Source: a virus (taxonomy: Duplodnaviria > Caudoviricetes). Taken from it: a DNA stretch of 59,984 bases. The notes beneath the pieces are model-generated. The model was not told the DNA's origin. It saw nothing but the letters and a program-made list of their open reading frames with translations, and ran no database searches. Positions 1 through 9,127 of the stretch are shown here, in pieces. Both the position numbers and the translations under genes were made by a program. Every line of letters starts with the position of its first letter. Positions within the stretch are counted from its first letter, which is position 1. The stretch spans positions 1 to 59,984 of IMG/VR virus record IMGVR_UViG_3300022602_000102, one strand, 5' to 3'.

Positions 1-188
1 TGAAAAATACTACGATGGAAAAATTCACAATTAAACGTGAAGTAGGTGATAATTGGATGCCAAATGGCACTATTCCATTTGACCTTCGAGCCAGTAAAGG
101 TATAGCTACATTTGAAGTATGGGCTGAGAGTATTCAAGATGCAGAAGATCAAGTAAGTCAATTTTTAGAGAAAGACGAAGATGAGTAA
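1..188 (+). CDS. Small hypothetical protein, probably truncated at the window start
   Basis: Open frame read by hand: (M)KNTTMEKFTIKREVGDNWMPNG...EKDEDE*, in-frame ATG at 15, TAA at 186-188, overlapping the queE start. Confidence 0.55.
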   Translation, partial: KNTTMEKFTIKREVGDNWMPNGTIPFDLRASKGIATFEVWAESIQDAEDQVSQFLEKDEDE

Positions 189-1038
189 AATTAAGATTGC
201 CGAGTTATTTTATAGTGTGCAAGGCGAGGGTAGATATATGGGAGTACCTAGCGTGTTCCTTAGAACTTTTGGCTGCAATTTTTCTTGTAGGGGCTTTGGC
301 ATGCCACGTGGCGAACTAAGTGCGGAAGCCGAAGACATTGCTACAGTAGTACATCTATATAACAAATATGAAGAACTTCCTTTGGTTAGTACGGGGTGTG
401 ATAGTTATGCTAGTTGGCATCCTAGCTTTAAAGAACTTAGCCCAATGCTTACATCAGATGCCATCGCAGAGAGGATCGGAGAGATTCTACCCTTCGGAGA
501 ATGGAGAGAAGAACACCTCGTCATCACAGGAGGAGAGCCACTACTAGGTTGGCAACGTGCATATCCAGATTTGTTAAATCATCCTAAGATGCAAAATCTT
601 AAAGAGATTACATTTGAAACAAACGGTACTCAACCGCTTACTCAAGAATTTAAAGATTATTTAAAAGACTGGGGATACAAAAACGGACGTACTTGGTGTC
701 AAGGTCTTACCTTTAGTGTTAGTGCTAAATTGCCAGGTAGTGGTGAAGCATGGGAAGAAGCTATTCGACCAGAAGTTGTTTGTGATTACGAACAAGTAGG
801 TTACACATATTTAAAATTTGTAGTTGCAACAGAAGAGGATATTAAAGATGCAAAACGAGCAGTTGAACAATACAGAGCGGCTGGCTTTGAAGGTCACGTA
901 TATCTTATGCCTGTTGGCGGTGTTGAGTCTGTTTACAGTCTCAATGCTAAGTCCGTGGCCATTGCCGCAATGAAGAGAGGGTGGCGCTATAGTGATAGAC
1001 TACAAGTGCCATTATTTAAAAACGAATGGGGGACTTAA
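181..1038 (+). CDS. queE: 7-carboxy-7-deazaguanine synthase QueE (radical SAM)
   Basis: ELFYSVQGEG..G.PSVFLRTFGCN..C, LVITGGEPLL, ITFETNGT, YLKFVV, GWRYSDRLQ motifs; cluster Cys at 32, 36 and 73. Confidence 0.9.
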   Translation: MSKIKIAELFYSVQGEGRYMGVPSVFLRTFGCNFSCRGFGMPRGELSAEAEDIATVVHLYNKYEELPLVSTGCDSYASWHPSFKELSPMLTSDAIAERIGEILPFGEWREEHLVITGGEPLLGWQRAYPDLLNHPKMQNLKEITFETNGTQPLTQEFKDYLKDWGYKNGRTWCQGLTFSVSAKLPGSGEAWEEAIRPEVVCDYEQVGYTYLKFVVATEEDIKDAKRAVEQYRAAGFEGHVYLMPVGGVESVYSLNAKSVAIAAMKRGWRYSDRLQVPLFKNEWGT

Positions 1039-1039
1039 T

Positions 1040-1195
1040 ATGTTCTTTTGGATCTGTATTATATGCGGTTGGGTACTACTTAGTTTTCCACTAGGTATTT
1101 TGATTGGAAGGATCTTTAAACTTCCAGAAAGTAGTTGCACAGGCGATTGTAATCAAGGTCGTAATTGTACATGTATGGAAAAGAAAAATGATTAA
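1040..1195 (+). CDS. Small membrane protein with Cys-rich C-terminus
   Basis: ATG at 1040 just after the queE stop; hydrophobic N-terminal helix, then CTGDCNQGRNCTC. Confidence 0.6.
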   Translation: MFFWICIICGWVLLSFPLGILIGRIFKLPESSCTGDCNQGRNCTCMEKKND

Positions 1196-1622
1196 AAAAT
1201 TATTTAAAAAAATTCTGGGTATTGATAAGTTAGAAGAAAATTTAAAAGTACTCAAAGAACTAGAAGAAAAGGCTGTAGCATCAACAGCAGAAGCACAAAA
1301 AGCAGAAGAACACGCTAAGGCTAGCCCAAAAGAACGTGCTACTGAAAGAGGCGAGCCATATGTTGCTGTTTTGGACACGCATGTAAACAAAGACAATATT
1401 AGAAATGGCTTCTTTGAGCTTGACTGGAACGACGAGTTTATAGTACAATTGAAAAAAGCTGGATACGGCTTTGAAGGCGATCCAGACGAAGAAATCGTAG
1501 ACCGATGGTTCAGAGACTTAGCCGGCAATATGCTTGCAGAGGCTGGTCAGGATACAAGTCGCGTCTTTGGTGGTTATATTAATGTAAACAGACTTGGTAA
1601 CGGTAAAGCTTCAGTAGAATGA
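1188..1622 (+). CDS. Hypothetical phage protein
   Basis: Likely start ATG 1188 (MIKKLFKK), coupled to both neighbours; coiled N-terminus and FFELDWNDEF..WF motif. Confidence 0.7.
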   Translation: MIKKLFKKILGIDKLEENLKVLKELEEKAVASTAEAQKAEEHAKASPKERATERGEPYVAVLDTHVNKDNIRNGFFELDWNDEFIVQLKKAGYGFEGDPDEEIVDRWFRDLAGNMLAEAGQDTSRVFGGYINVNRLGNGKASVE

Positions 1623-2320
1623 ACATTTTTAAAATACGCAGTCCATTGCCTAGAACAGACTTTGCACCTTACTGGGACATCTCATTAGGGCAAACACAAT
1701 GGCACGAAACTGCTAAAATAGATGCTATCCGTAATTGGATGATTTCCAATGAACAGAACATTTTAGACAAGTTTCCTGTTTATAACGATGGTGGAACAGG
1801 ATTAGGTAATAACAGTACTACTAGTAGATTTGGATATTATAATACATTTGATTTTGTAAATGAATGTCCAGAACTTGCCGACTTACTAACATTTTTTAGA
1901 AAGTCTTACGTTAATTTTGTTGCGTCTAATTATTTTGATCCTATTGATCTATATTTCGAGTCCTGGTTTAACATCGTACACAATGGACAAGCTATAACCG
2001 AACATATTCACGGAAATCAAGCAGATACGTATCTAAGTGGTAATATACATTTAGACAACTATCCAACACATACTTATTACCGAACACCGTATGATGTAAC
2101 CACTCCAATTCCTTTTAAAAATATCAAAGGCGGTTTGACTATATTCCCCGGTTATGTTCCGCATTTTACCGATCCGTATGAATCAAATGGACAACCGCGT
2201 GTTAGTATTGCATTTGACTTATGGACTGTAGACACGTATAATGCTACTAAGGGCAAAAGCACTAGATTATTTTTAAACAGAGAGATTATTCAGGAACTTC
2301 ATAGAAGTAATAAACAATGA
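1619..2320 (+). CDS. Putative 2OG-Fe(II) oxygenase
   Basis: SWFNI...EHIH...YLSGNIHL...IFPGYVPH...RVSIAFD pattern of phage 2OG-Fe(II) oxygenases. Confidence 0.75.
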   Translation: MNIFKIRSPLPRTDFAPYWDISLGQTQWHETAKIDAIRNWMISNEQNILDKFPVYNDGGTGLGNNSTTSRFGYYNTFDFVNECPELADLLTFFRKSYVNFVASNYFDPIDLYFESWFNIVHNGQAITEHIHGNQADTYLSGNIHLDNYPTHTYYRTPYDVTTPIPFKNIKGGLTIFPGYVPHFTDPYESNGQPRVSIAFDLWTVDTYNATKGKSTRLFLNREIIQELHRSNKQ

Positions 2321-3309
2321 CATATATTATAGTCGATACTGCTAACACATTTTTTCGTGCTAGACACGTAGTTCAAGGTTCATCCGATATCAAACTTGGT
2401 ATGGCTTTTCATATCACTTTTAACAGTATCAAAAAAGCATGGCAAGACTTTGGCGGAACCCATGTAGTGTTCTGTCTCGAAGGTCGCTCGTGGCGCAAAG
2501 ACTATTACAAGCCTTACAAGGCAAATAGGCAAGAAACTCGTGCGGCTATGACACAAAAAGAACAAGATGAAGATAAATTGTTCTGGGAAGCGTTTGATGA
2601 GTTTAAGAATTTCATTACAGAAAAGACTAACTGTACTGTAATGCGTCATGAGAACTTAGAAGCAGATGACTTAATTGCAGGTTGGATTCAATCTCATCCA
2701 GATGCAAAACACGTTATTATTTCAACAGATGGCGACTTTGCACAATTAGTAAGCCCTACTGTTAGTCAATATAACGGTGTAGGCGACTTGCATATTACAC
2801 ACGAAGGAATCTTTGATGCCAAAGGTAAACCCGTTAAAGACAAAAAGACAGGCGAGCCAAAGCCAGCACAAGATCCAGAATGGATGCTATTCGAAAAATG
2901 TATGCGTGGTGATACCAGTGATAATGTCTTCTCGGCGTATCCAGGTGTGCGTACTAAAGGTTCTAAAAACAAAGTTGGTCTTATTGAAGCGTTCGAAGAT
3001 CGTAAAGCCAAAGGATTTGCGTGGAACAATCTCATGCTGCAGAGATGGGTTGACCATAATGGATTAGAACACAGAGTCTTAGAAGATTATCAACGTAATG
3101 TACAGTTATGCGATTTAACTGCACAACCAGAAGATATTAAAGAGAAAATTCGAGAAACAATCGAAGCTAATGCCAAACCAAAAGACGTTAGCCAAGTTGG
3201 TATCCGTATGCTTAAATTCTGCAACGCATGGGATATGAAAAAGATAGCTGATAACATTCAGCAGTACGCAGAGCCATTTCAGGCAAAATATCAAGGAGAA
3301 ACAAAATGA
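2317..3309 (+). CDS. rnh: T4-type RNase H / 5'-3' exonuclease (FEN-like)
   Basis: IIVD.AN, SWRKDYY..YKANR, EADDLIA, IISTDGDFAQL, GDTSDNV motifs. Confidence 0.88.
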   Translation: MTYIIVDTANTFFRARHVVQGSSDIKLGMAFHITFNSIKKAWQDFGGTHVVFCLEGRSWRKDYYKPYKANRQETRAAMTQKEQDEDKLFWEAFDEFKNFITEKTNCTVMRHENLEADDLIAGWIQSHPDAKHVIISTDGDFAQLVSPTVSQYNGVGDLHITHEGIFDAKGKPVKDKKTGEPKPAQDPEWMLFEKCMRGDTSDNVFSAYPGVRTKGSKNKVGLIEAFEDRKAKGFAWNNLMLQRWVDHNGLEHRVLEDYQRNVQLCDLTAQPEDIKEKIRETIEANAKPKDVSQVGIRMLKFCNAWDMKKIADNIQQYAEPFQAKYQGETK

Positions 3310-3500
3310 GTGCAATTACAAATAAACTAGCCAAGGCAAATGAGAGCTTTACGATTAATCGGTATGACAACGGTTTTATGATCGAAGTCGGTGGACGTGA
3401 TGATAACGATGACTGGAAAACAGCCAAAGTCATTGTCGGTACAGAAGATGAACTTATCGATTTGATTCGCGAAACTCTAGCATTGCCAATCGCAGAATAA
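3306..3500 (+). CDS. Hypothetical protein
   Basis: 64-aa ORF with AGGAG RBS and ATGA overlap with rnh. Confidence 0.7.
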   Translation: MSAITNKLAKANESFTINRYDNGFMIEVGGRDDNDDWKTAKVIVGTEDELIDLIRETLALPIAE

Positions 3501-3510
3501 GGAGAACAAC

Positions 3511-4014
3511 ATGGCTCAATGGACTGTTAGCACATACTACAAGAAATCTTGTCAAGAAGTTGAAACATACGTACAACGTGAAGGTAATGGTAAAGTTACT
3601 GTTGTTAACGGATTCCGTTGGGGCAGTTGGGACGTTGAAACAACCGACGACAATCCTCCAGAATTTGAATTTACATTTGTACCCGGTGGAGATGGTAAGA
3701 AAGACAGCATCAATATGCTAGATTGTTCTTACAATAACATCGAAAATGTAGAGCTAATTAGCATGGATGACGGTGGATGTTGGTATGATGTTGATATTGA
3801 AGGCTTAGACGAAGAAGCTGAAGAAGAAATTCGCGAGTTTCTCGAAGACAATAGTCCATATGAACTAGAAGAACGTGAAACAGATTCCTGGTACCAGGAT
3901 GACAGTGAATGGTGGATCTGGGGTCCTATTAAAATCGAAGATGCTGACGGCAATACTGTACGCATTATTTGTGCAGATGCTGACGGCAATGTCGTAGATT
4001 TTATCGAAGAATAA
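3511..4014 (+). CDS. Highly acidic hypothetical protein
   Basis: AAGGAG RBS; about a quarter Asp/Glu by manual count. Confidence 0.75.
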   Translation: MAQWTVSTYYKKSCQEVETYVQREGNGKVTVVNGFRWGSWDVETTDDNPPEFEFTFVPGGDGKKDSINMLDCSYNNIENVELISMDDGGCWYDVDIEGLDEEAEEEIREFLEDNSPYELEERETDSWYQDDSEWWIWGPIKIEDADGNTVRIICADADGNVVDFIEE

Positions 4015-4016
4015 GA

Positions 4017-4024
4017 GATAAATA
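4017..4024 (+). promoter_or_regulatory. Putative late promoter GATAAATA
   Basis: Variant of T4 late TATAAATA; intergenic; recurs upstream of several genes. Confidence 0.6.
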
Positions 4025-4075
4025 CGTACATTACTCGGGTGCCGTCAGGGCCCTTGTAATACTAAGGAGAATAAT

Positions 4076-4555
4076 ATGACCGAAATACACGCCAAGCCAA
4101 TTGTGGATGGTAAGTTTTGGATCGTAGAACAAGATGGTTCTAAGATCGCAACACTACACAAAAAAGAAAATAACAAATTTGTTATGAGCAGTACTACTGG
4201 TGAAGTTATGTTTAATCGTAAACAAGACTTAACCAAACAGTTTGGGGAAGGATTTTTCCTAACTAGTACAAAAGTAAAAGTTACTACACCAGACATTCAT
4301 GAATGCCATGGATTCCCTACTAGCGTAAAACCATACAACAGTATGTACGATGTACGCAACAAATTACCCCTATTCACTAAAAGTAATGCAAGTAAAAGTT
4401 TGTATTGCGCCGGGTACTATGTAATTAAATTCAATAAAGGGTGGGTTAAATCATTCTGTCCTAAAGTTATTACATTAGAACGTAATGAATATAAAGGCCC
4501 ATATAAAACTGAATTCGAAATGAAACAGGTATTGTCCAATGTCAAATCAGATTAA
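4076..4555 (+). CDS. Hypothetical phage protein
   Basis: 159-aa ORF with AAGGAG RBS. Confidence 0.75.
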   Translation: MTEIHAKPIVDGKFWIVEQDGSKIATLHKKENNKFVMSSTTGEVMFNRKQDLTKQFGEGFFLTSTKVKVTTPDIHECHGFPTSVKPYNSMYDVRNKLPLFTKSNASKSLYCAGYYVIKFNKGWVKSFCPKVITLERNEYKGPYKTEFEMKQVLSNVKSD

Positions 4556-4784
4556 TCTTACACCTATTACACAATTTATACAATTACTACGTGCTAGTGA
4601 ACTAGCACAAGGTAAAGAAGTAAAAATTCCTATTCAACAGGCTAGACTATTGAATATGGCATTAACAGAGTTACTGGATAAGATGAATCAAGATTATGAA
4701 ACAATGTATAACACTCTTAAAAACAGTACAAATACAGAAATTGTTAGTGTAAGTATGGATGGCGGAGGGTTTGGCGACTCTTAA
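4539..4784 (+). CDS. Hypothetical protein
   Basis: 81-aa ORF in operon context. Confidence 0.65.
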   Translation: MSNQINLTPITQFIQLLRASELAQGKEVKIPIQQARLLNMALTELLDKMNQDYETMYNTLKNSTNTEIVSVSMDGGGFGDS

Positions 4785-4792
4785 GATAAATA
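4785..4792 (+). promoter_or_regulatory. Putative late promoter GATAAATA
   Basis: Intergenic copy of the recurring motif. Confidence 0.6.
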
Positions 4793-4817
4793 TATGCGTA
4801 TATATCGAGGATACGCA

Positions 4818-5102
4818 ATGAGTCGCCCAAAGCCAAAAGTACTGTTAGAACACACTAACAAAAGAACTTATAAATCTGAACAGATTTTAGAAGCCGAAGC
4901 CATTTGGGCAGTATTTTATAAAAATGAGCCTTTTAATCTAAAATCGTTTAATAGTCTTACCTCTTATCCTGGACCTAAATACAAAAAAACAAGTTTTAGT
5001 AATCCTGGACACGCTATTAATCTTGCTAAAAAACTTAATCAACAATTTGGAACAGATGAGTTCCAAGTAGTTAAGTTAACGCAAGGCACCATAATGAAAT
5101 GA
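4818..5102 (+). CDS. Basic hypothetical protein
   Basis: ATG 4818 preceded by GAGGA (MSRPKPKVLLEH...). Confidence 0.7.
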   Translation: MSRPKPKVLLEHTNKRTYKSEQILEAEAIWAVFYKNEPFNLKSFNSLTSYPGPKYKKTSFSNPGHAINLAKKLNQQFGTDEFQVVKLTQGTIMK

Positions 5103-5494
5103 TTACAAGAGATGCATTAACTCAAATATTCTTACAACAATGGGGTAAGAGTATCGATGAGGCTAATATTAAAATTTTTAGTCGTAAATGGTGGCAAAGT
5201 ACTCGTGCTGGCAAACAAACCAATTTTAGACTTAGTGAGGAAGGTTACGAGTTTTTGGTAAAAGAATTGGATTTGAAAGAGTACGAAATTCCATTTACCG
5301 AACCTATCGAATTAAGTCCCCAAACTATCATATTTTTAGAAAGGTATGTGGATTGTCCATACTACCTAACTCCAATGTCAATCACTGTCTTTTCAGAACG
5401 CAAAGGTTTTGAGCTAATGTTGTTTTCAGACGACATCAGAAAATTTGGCTTGATTAAAGCCATGAATGAGCGAGAAAAAGATTTAGCAGAATAA
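5099..5494 (+). CDS. Hypothetical protein
   Basis: 131-aa ORF, ATGA coupling to the upstream gene. Confidence 0.7.
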   Translation: MITRDALTQIFLQQWGKSIDEANIKIFSRKWWQSTRAGKQTNFRLSEEGYEFLVKELDLKEYEIPFTEPIELSPQTIIFLERYVDCPYYLTPMSITVFSERKGFELMLFSDDIRKFGLIKAMNEREKDLAE

Positions 5495-5502
5495 AAAAAT
5501 TG

Positions 5503-5531
5503 TTGACATACTAGGCAAAGTGCCGTATAAT
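5503..5531 (+). promoter_or_regulatory. Consensus sigma70 (early) promoter
   Basis: TTGACA (5503-5508), 17-nt spacer, TATAAT (5526-5531), A-tract upstream. Confidence 0.9.
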
Positions 5532-5590
5532 ACATACATAGACAGCGTTATTCGTAACAACAATTTTTTTAACTAAAGATAGGAAATAAA

Positions 5591-6679
5591 ATGGCAGAAA
5601 TCAGTAGCCGTACAGTGGGCCCAAGTAGCGCCAAAAAGTCTTTGCGTAAGGCTTTCAAAAATCAGCGTCCAATCTTCCTTTGGGGTCCTCCAGGTATTGG
5701 CAAGTCTGACATTATCAAACAACTTGGTGCTGAGACAGAAGCTCATGTTATCGACGTTCGTTTGAGTTTGTGGGAACCTACAGACATTAAAGGTATTCCA
5801 TATTTCGATTCCAACGATAGCACAATGCGTTGGGCACCTCCATCAGAATTGCCAAGTGCAGAAATGGCAAAACAACATAAAAATATCATTTTGTTCTTGG
5901 ACGAAATGAACTCTGCGGCTCCTGCTGTACAGGCTGCAGCTTACCAATTGATTTTGAATCGCCGTGTTGGCGCATATAACTTGCCAGACAATGTTGTAAT
6001 TGTTGCCGCAGGTAACCGTGAAACTGACAAAGGTGTTACTTTCCGTATGCCTGCTCCGTTGGCTAACCGTTTTGTTCACTTGGAAATGACTGTTAACTGG
6101 GATGACTACTTTGAGTGGGCTGTTGAAAACAAAATCCATAAAGACGTAGTTGGCTTCTTGAGCTTTTCTAAAAAGAGCTTGTACGACTTTGATCCAAAGT
6201 CTAGCTCACGTGCGTTTGCTACTCCACGTTCTTGGAGCTTTGTAAGCGAATTGCTAACAGATGACGATGTCGATGTAGATACACTTACAGACTTGGTATC
6301 AGGTTCTGTAGGCGAAGGTCTTGCAATCAGCTTTATGGCTCACCGCAAAATTGCAGGTAAAATGCCTAACCCAACTGATATTCTTGGAGGCAAAATTAAG
6401 AAAATGGATTCCAAAGAAATCTCAGCTATGTACTCTTTGACTGTGTCATTGTGCTACGAGTTGAAGGACGCTTGCGATAAGAAAGCTAAAAACTGGAATG
6501 AACAAGTTAACAACTTCTTCGAATTTATGATGAATAACTTCGAAACTGAATTGGTTATTATGGGCACTAAATTGGCTTTGAGTACTTACAAGTTGCCGTT
6601 GGACCCAGATGAGATCAAGTGTTTCGATGATTTCCATGCTAAGTTTGGCAAGTATATTAGCGCCGCAACTGAGAAATAA
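5591..6679 (+). CDS. MoxR-like AAA+ ATPase
   Basis: Walker A GPPGIGKS, Walker B LFLDEMN, AAGN sensor, PLANRF arginine finger, TPRSW. Confidence 0.88.
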   Translation: MAEISSRTVGPSSAKKSLRKAFKNQRPIFLWGPPGIGKSDIIKQLGAETEAHVIDVRLSLWEPTDIKGIPYFDSNDSTMRWAPPSELPSAEMAKQHKNIILFLDEMNSAAPAVQAAAYQLILNRRVGAYNLPDNVVIVAAGNRETDKGVTFRMPAPLANRFVHLEMTVNWDDYFEWAVENKIHKDVVGFLSFSKKSLYDFDPKSSSRAFATPRSWSFVSELLTDDDVDVDTLTDLVSGSVGEGLAISFMAHRKIAGKMPNPTDILGGKIKKMDSKEISAMYSLTVSLCYELKDACDKKAKNWNEQVNNFFEFMMNNFETELVIMGTKLALSTYKLPLDPDEIKCFDDFHAKFGKYISAATEK

Positions 6680-6695
6680 TTGGATTTAGCACTAT

Positions 6696-6724
6696 TTGAC
6701 ACCACCTTCGGGTGGTGTTATAAT
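6696..6724 (+). promoter_or_regulatory. Consensus sigma70 promoter whose spacer is a UUCG hairpin
   Basis: TTGACA (6696-6701), 17 nt, TATAAT (6719-6724); ACACCACC-TTCG-GGTGGTGT at 6699-6718. Confidence 0.85.
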
Positions 6725-6749
6725 ATATACATATAGGAAAGGAACATTC

Positions 6750-7940
6750 ATGTCACATACAGATCCAATTATCGATAAAATTATTGTAGCTCGAGTAGGC
6801 CTGCTACTTCGCCACCCATTCTTTGGTAATATGGCTACACGTTTGAAAATCGAAGAAGGTACAGGCTGGATGGGTACTGCCGCAACAGACGGCCGCACCA
6901 TTTATTTTAATCGTGAATTTTTTACTCCTCTTAGTGTTAAACAAGTTGAGTTTGTTATTGCTCACGAAATTTTGCATAACGTATTTGACCACATGGGCCG
7001 TAGAGAAGGTCGTAACCCACGCATCTTTAATATTGCCGCAGACTATTGTGTAAACGGACAATTAGTACGTGATCGCATCGGCGAGCATAATATCGAAGGT
7101 ATTAAAATTTTCCACGATACTAAGTATTACGGTATGGGTGCGGAAGAAGTATACGATAAAATTTATGACGAAATGGACGAAGACGAGCTGAACCAATTAG
7201 GTCAGCTATTGGACGATCACATTGACTGGGACAAAGACGGCAATGGTAAAGACGGTCAGCCAAAGTTCACTAAAGAAGAATTGAAACAAATTCGTGACGA
7301 GATTCGTGAAGCTACAATGCAAGCGGCTCAGGCGGCGGGTGCAGGAAATACTCCTGCTAGTGTACAACGCATGATTAAGGAACTTACAGAGCCTAAAATG
7401 AATTGGCGTGAAATTTTGCGTCAACAAATTCAAAGCACTATTAAGAATGACTATTCATTTATGCGTCCTAATCGTAAGGGCTGGCACATGAACGCTATCT
7501 TGCCTGGAACTCAATTCCAAGATACTATCGACATCTGTGTTGCAATTGACATGTCAGGTTCTATCGGAGATGAACAAGCTAAAGATTTCTTAGGGGAAAT
7601 CAAAGGCATTATGCAAGAATATAAAGACTTTAAGATTAAAGTTTGGTGCTTTGATACAAAAGTTTATAATGAAGCAGACTTTGACGGCTACAACATCGAC
7701 GAGTTTGACTACTACGAACCTATGGGTGGTGGCGGTACAGAATTTGATGCTAACTGGAATTACATGAAAGAACACGATATTCAACCTAAAAAGTTTATCA
7801 TGTTTACTGATGGATACCCTTGGGGTAGCTGGGGAGATGAAGACTATTGCGATACGGTATTCATTATCCACGGCAATGATAAGATTGTTCCACCTTTTGG
7901 AGAACACGCTTACTATCAGTTTGCTACGGAATCAGCATAA
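6750..7940 (+). CDS. HExxH metallopeptidase-like plus vWA domain protein (DUF2201-like), MoxR partner
   Basis: TAATDG, AHEILH, NIAADYCVN in the N-domain; MIDAS IDMSGS, GGGGT and FTDG in the C-domain; ATG 6750 after AAGGA. Confidence 0.85.
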   Translation: MSHTDPIIDKIIVARVGLLLRHPFFGNMATRLKIEEGTGWMGTAATDGRTIYFNREFFTPLSVKQVEFVIAHEILHNVFDHMGRREGRNPRIFNIAADYCVNGQLVRDRIGEHNIEGIKIFHDTKYYGMGAEEVYDKIYDEMDEDELNQLGQLLDDHIDWDKDGNGKDGQPKFTKEELKQIRDEIREATMQAAQAAGAGNTPASVQRMIKELTEPKMNWREILRQQIQSTIKNDYSFMRPNRKGWHMNAILPGTQFQDTIDICVAIDMSGSIGDEQAKDFLGEIKGIMQEYKDFKIKVWCFDTKVYNEADFDGYNIDEFDYYEPMGGGGTEFDANWNYMKEHDIQPKKFIMFTDGYPWGSWGDEDYCDTVFIIHGNDKIVPPFGEHAYYQFATESA

Positions 7941-8227
7941 TGGCATTAAAGAACGGCAAGCCCAATCCTCTGGATTATTACAACTTAAGGAGGGTTGAGT
8001 TTGCCTGCCCTCATTTTAAATACACTACTGTAGACAAATATAATCCTACTATAATCAAATCTATCGATACTTGGATACGCAAGCATTTAAATAATAGGTA
8101 TTACATAGGGCAAGGCATTGCACTGGATAATACCAATACAATAGTGTATAATACACGTATCGGTTTTGAAAGTGAGAAAGAACTCAGTTTTTTCACAATT
8201 GCCTGTCCTTTGTTACAAAGTAGATAA
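7940..8227 (+). CDS. Hypothetical protein
   Basis: 95-aa ORF, TAATG coupling. Confidence 0.7.
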   Translation: MALKNGKPNPLDYYNLRRVEFACPHFKYTTVDKYNPTIIKSIDTWIRKHLNNRYYIGQGIALDNTNTIVYNTRIGFESEKELSFFTIACPLLQSR

Positions 8228-8262
8228 TTAAGTTAGTACTTTATCAAACAAGGAGATTCTAA

Positions 8263-8529
8263 ATGGCTGATGTACAAAATCAACAACCCGCAACAGATGC
8301 ACAAGGTTCTACAGAACTAACAATCAATGACCTAAACGCAATGAAAGTTATCATTGATATCGCTAGCTCACGTGGCGCTTTTAAACCAAACGAAATGGTT
8401 GCTATAGGTCAAACTTACACCAAACTAGAAACATTTTTAAATGCTGTAGCCGCACAACAAGCCGCAAATCCAGCGCCAGCTGCTCCAACAGCCGCAGACG
8501 CCGCAGGTGCAGTATCCGCAGGAGCTTAA
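8263..8529 (+). CDS. Hypothetical protein with Ala/Pro-rich tail
   Basis: AGGAG RBS, 88 aa. Confidence 0.7.
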   Translation: MADVQNQQPATDAQGSTELTINDLNAMKVIIDIASSRGAFKPNEMVAIGQTYTKLETFLNAVAAQQAANPAPAAPTAADAAGAVSAGA

Positions 8530-8530
8530 T

Positions 8531-9127
8531 ATGGCCGAAATTAAACACGTAGGCCGTGTTATTGCCACTAACAAAAAATGCTTAGTGGCATATCGTACCC
8601 TACCAGGCGATGCAAGTTTCTGTTTGATCATTCCAACAGAAAATTTACCAGATATCTACCACGATGCTATTATCAACTTAGTTGAAAGTCAAACAGGACA
8701 AGATGCTAATGAGTTTGCAGATGCGTTGGCAAGATCGCAATTCCCCGATGGTAACAATATGTTACGTTCCTTACATGGTTCAAATCGATTAATCAAAGCG
8801 CCGACGAGTGCGATCGAAATGCTTCCTGCTCCTGGAACTAGTATTGTCCTAAGTGAATTGAATCAGATGATTGCCGAAATGCGCGGTGTAACCGTAGATG
8901 ACCTAAGCATTAAAGAAAGCTTTGAAAAGAAAGTTGAAGAACCGAAAGCTACTGCTACAGTAAAAGAAACACCTGCTATTGTTAACGCTGAAGTAATTCC
9001 AACAACATTTGAAAGCCCAGAAGCTGAGGCAAAATTCTATCGTAGCCAAGCTGATAAATTAGCTAAAGAGGCGGCTAACTTCCGTCGTAAAGCAGAGGAA
9101 CTGGCTCCGACCAAGAAAAAGGCGTAA
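8531..9127 (+). CDS. Hypothetical phage protein
   Basis: ATG 8531 after GGAG; C-terminal coiled coil. Confidence 0.75.
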   Translation: MAEIKHVGRVIATNKKCLVAYRTLPGDASFCLIIPTENLPDIYHDAIINLVESQTGQDANEFADALARSQFPDGNNMLRSLHGSNRLIKAPTSAIEMLPAPGTSIVLSELNQMIAEMRGVTVDDLSIKESFEKKVEEPKATATVKETPAIVNAEVIPTTFESPEAEAKFYRSQADKLAKEAANFRRKAEELAPTKKKA

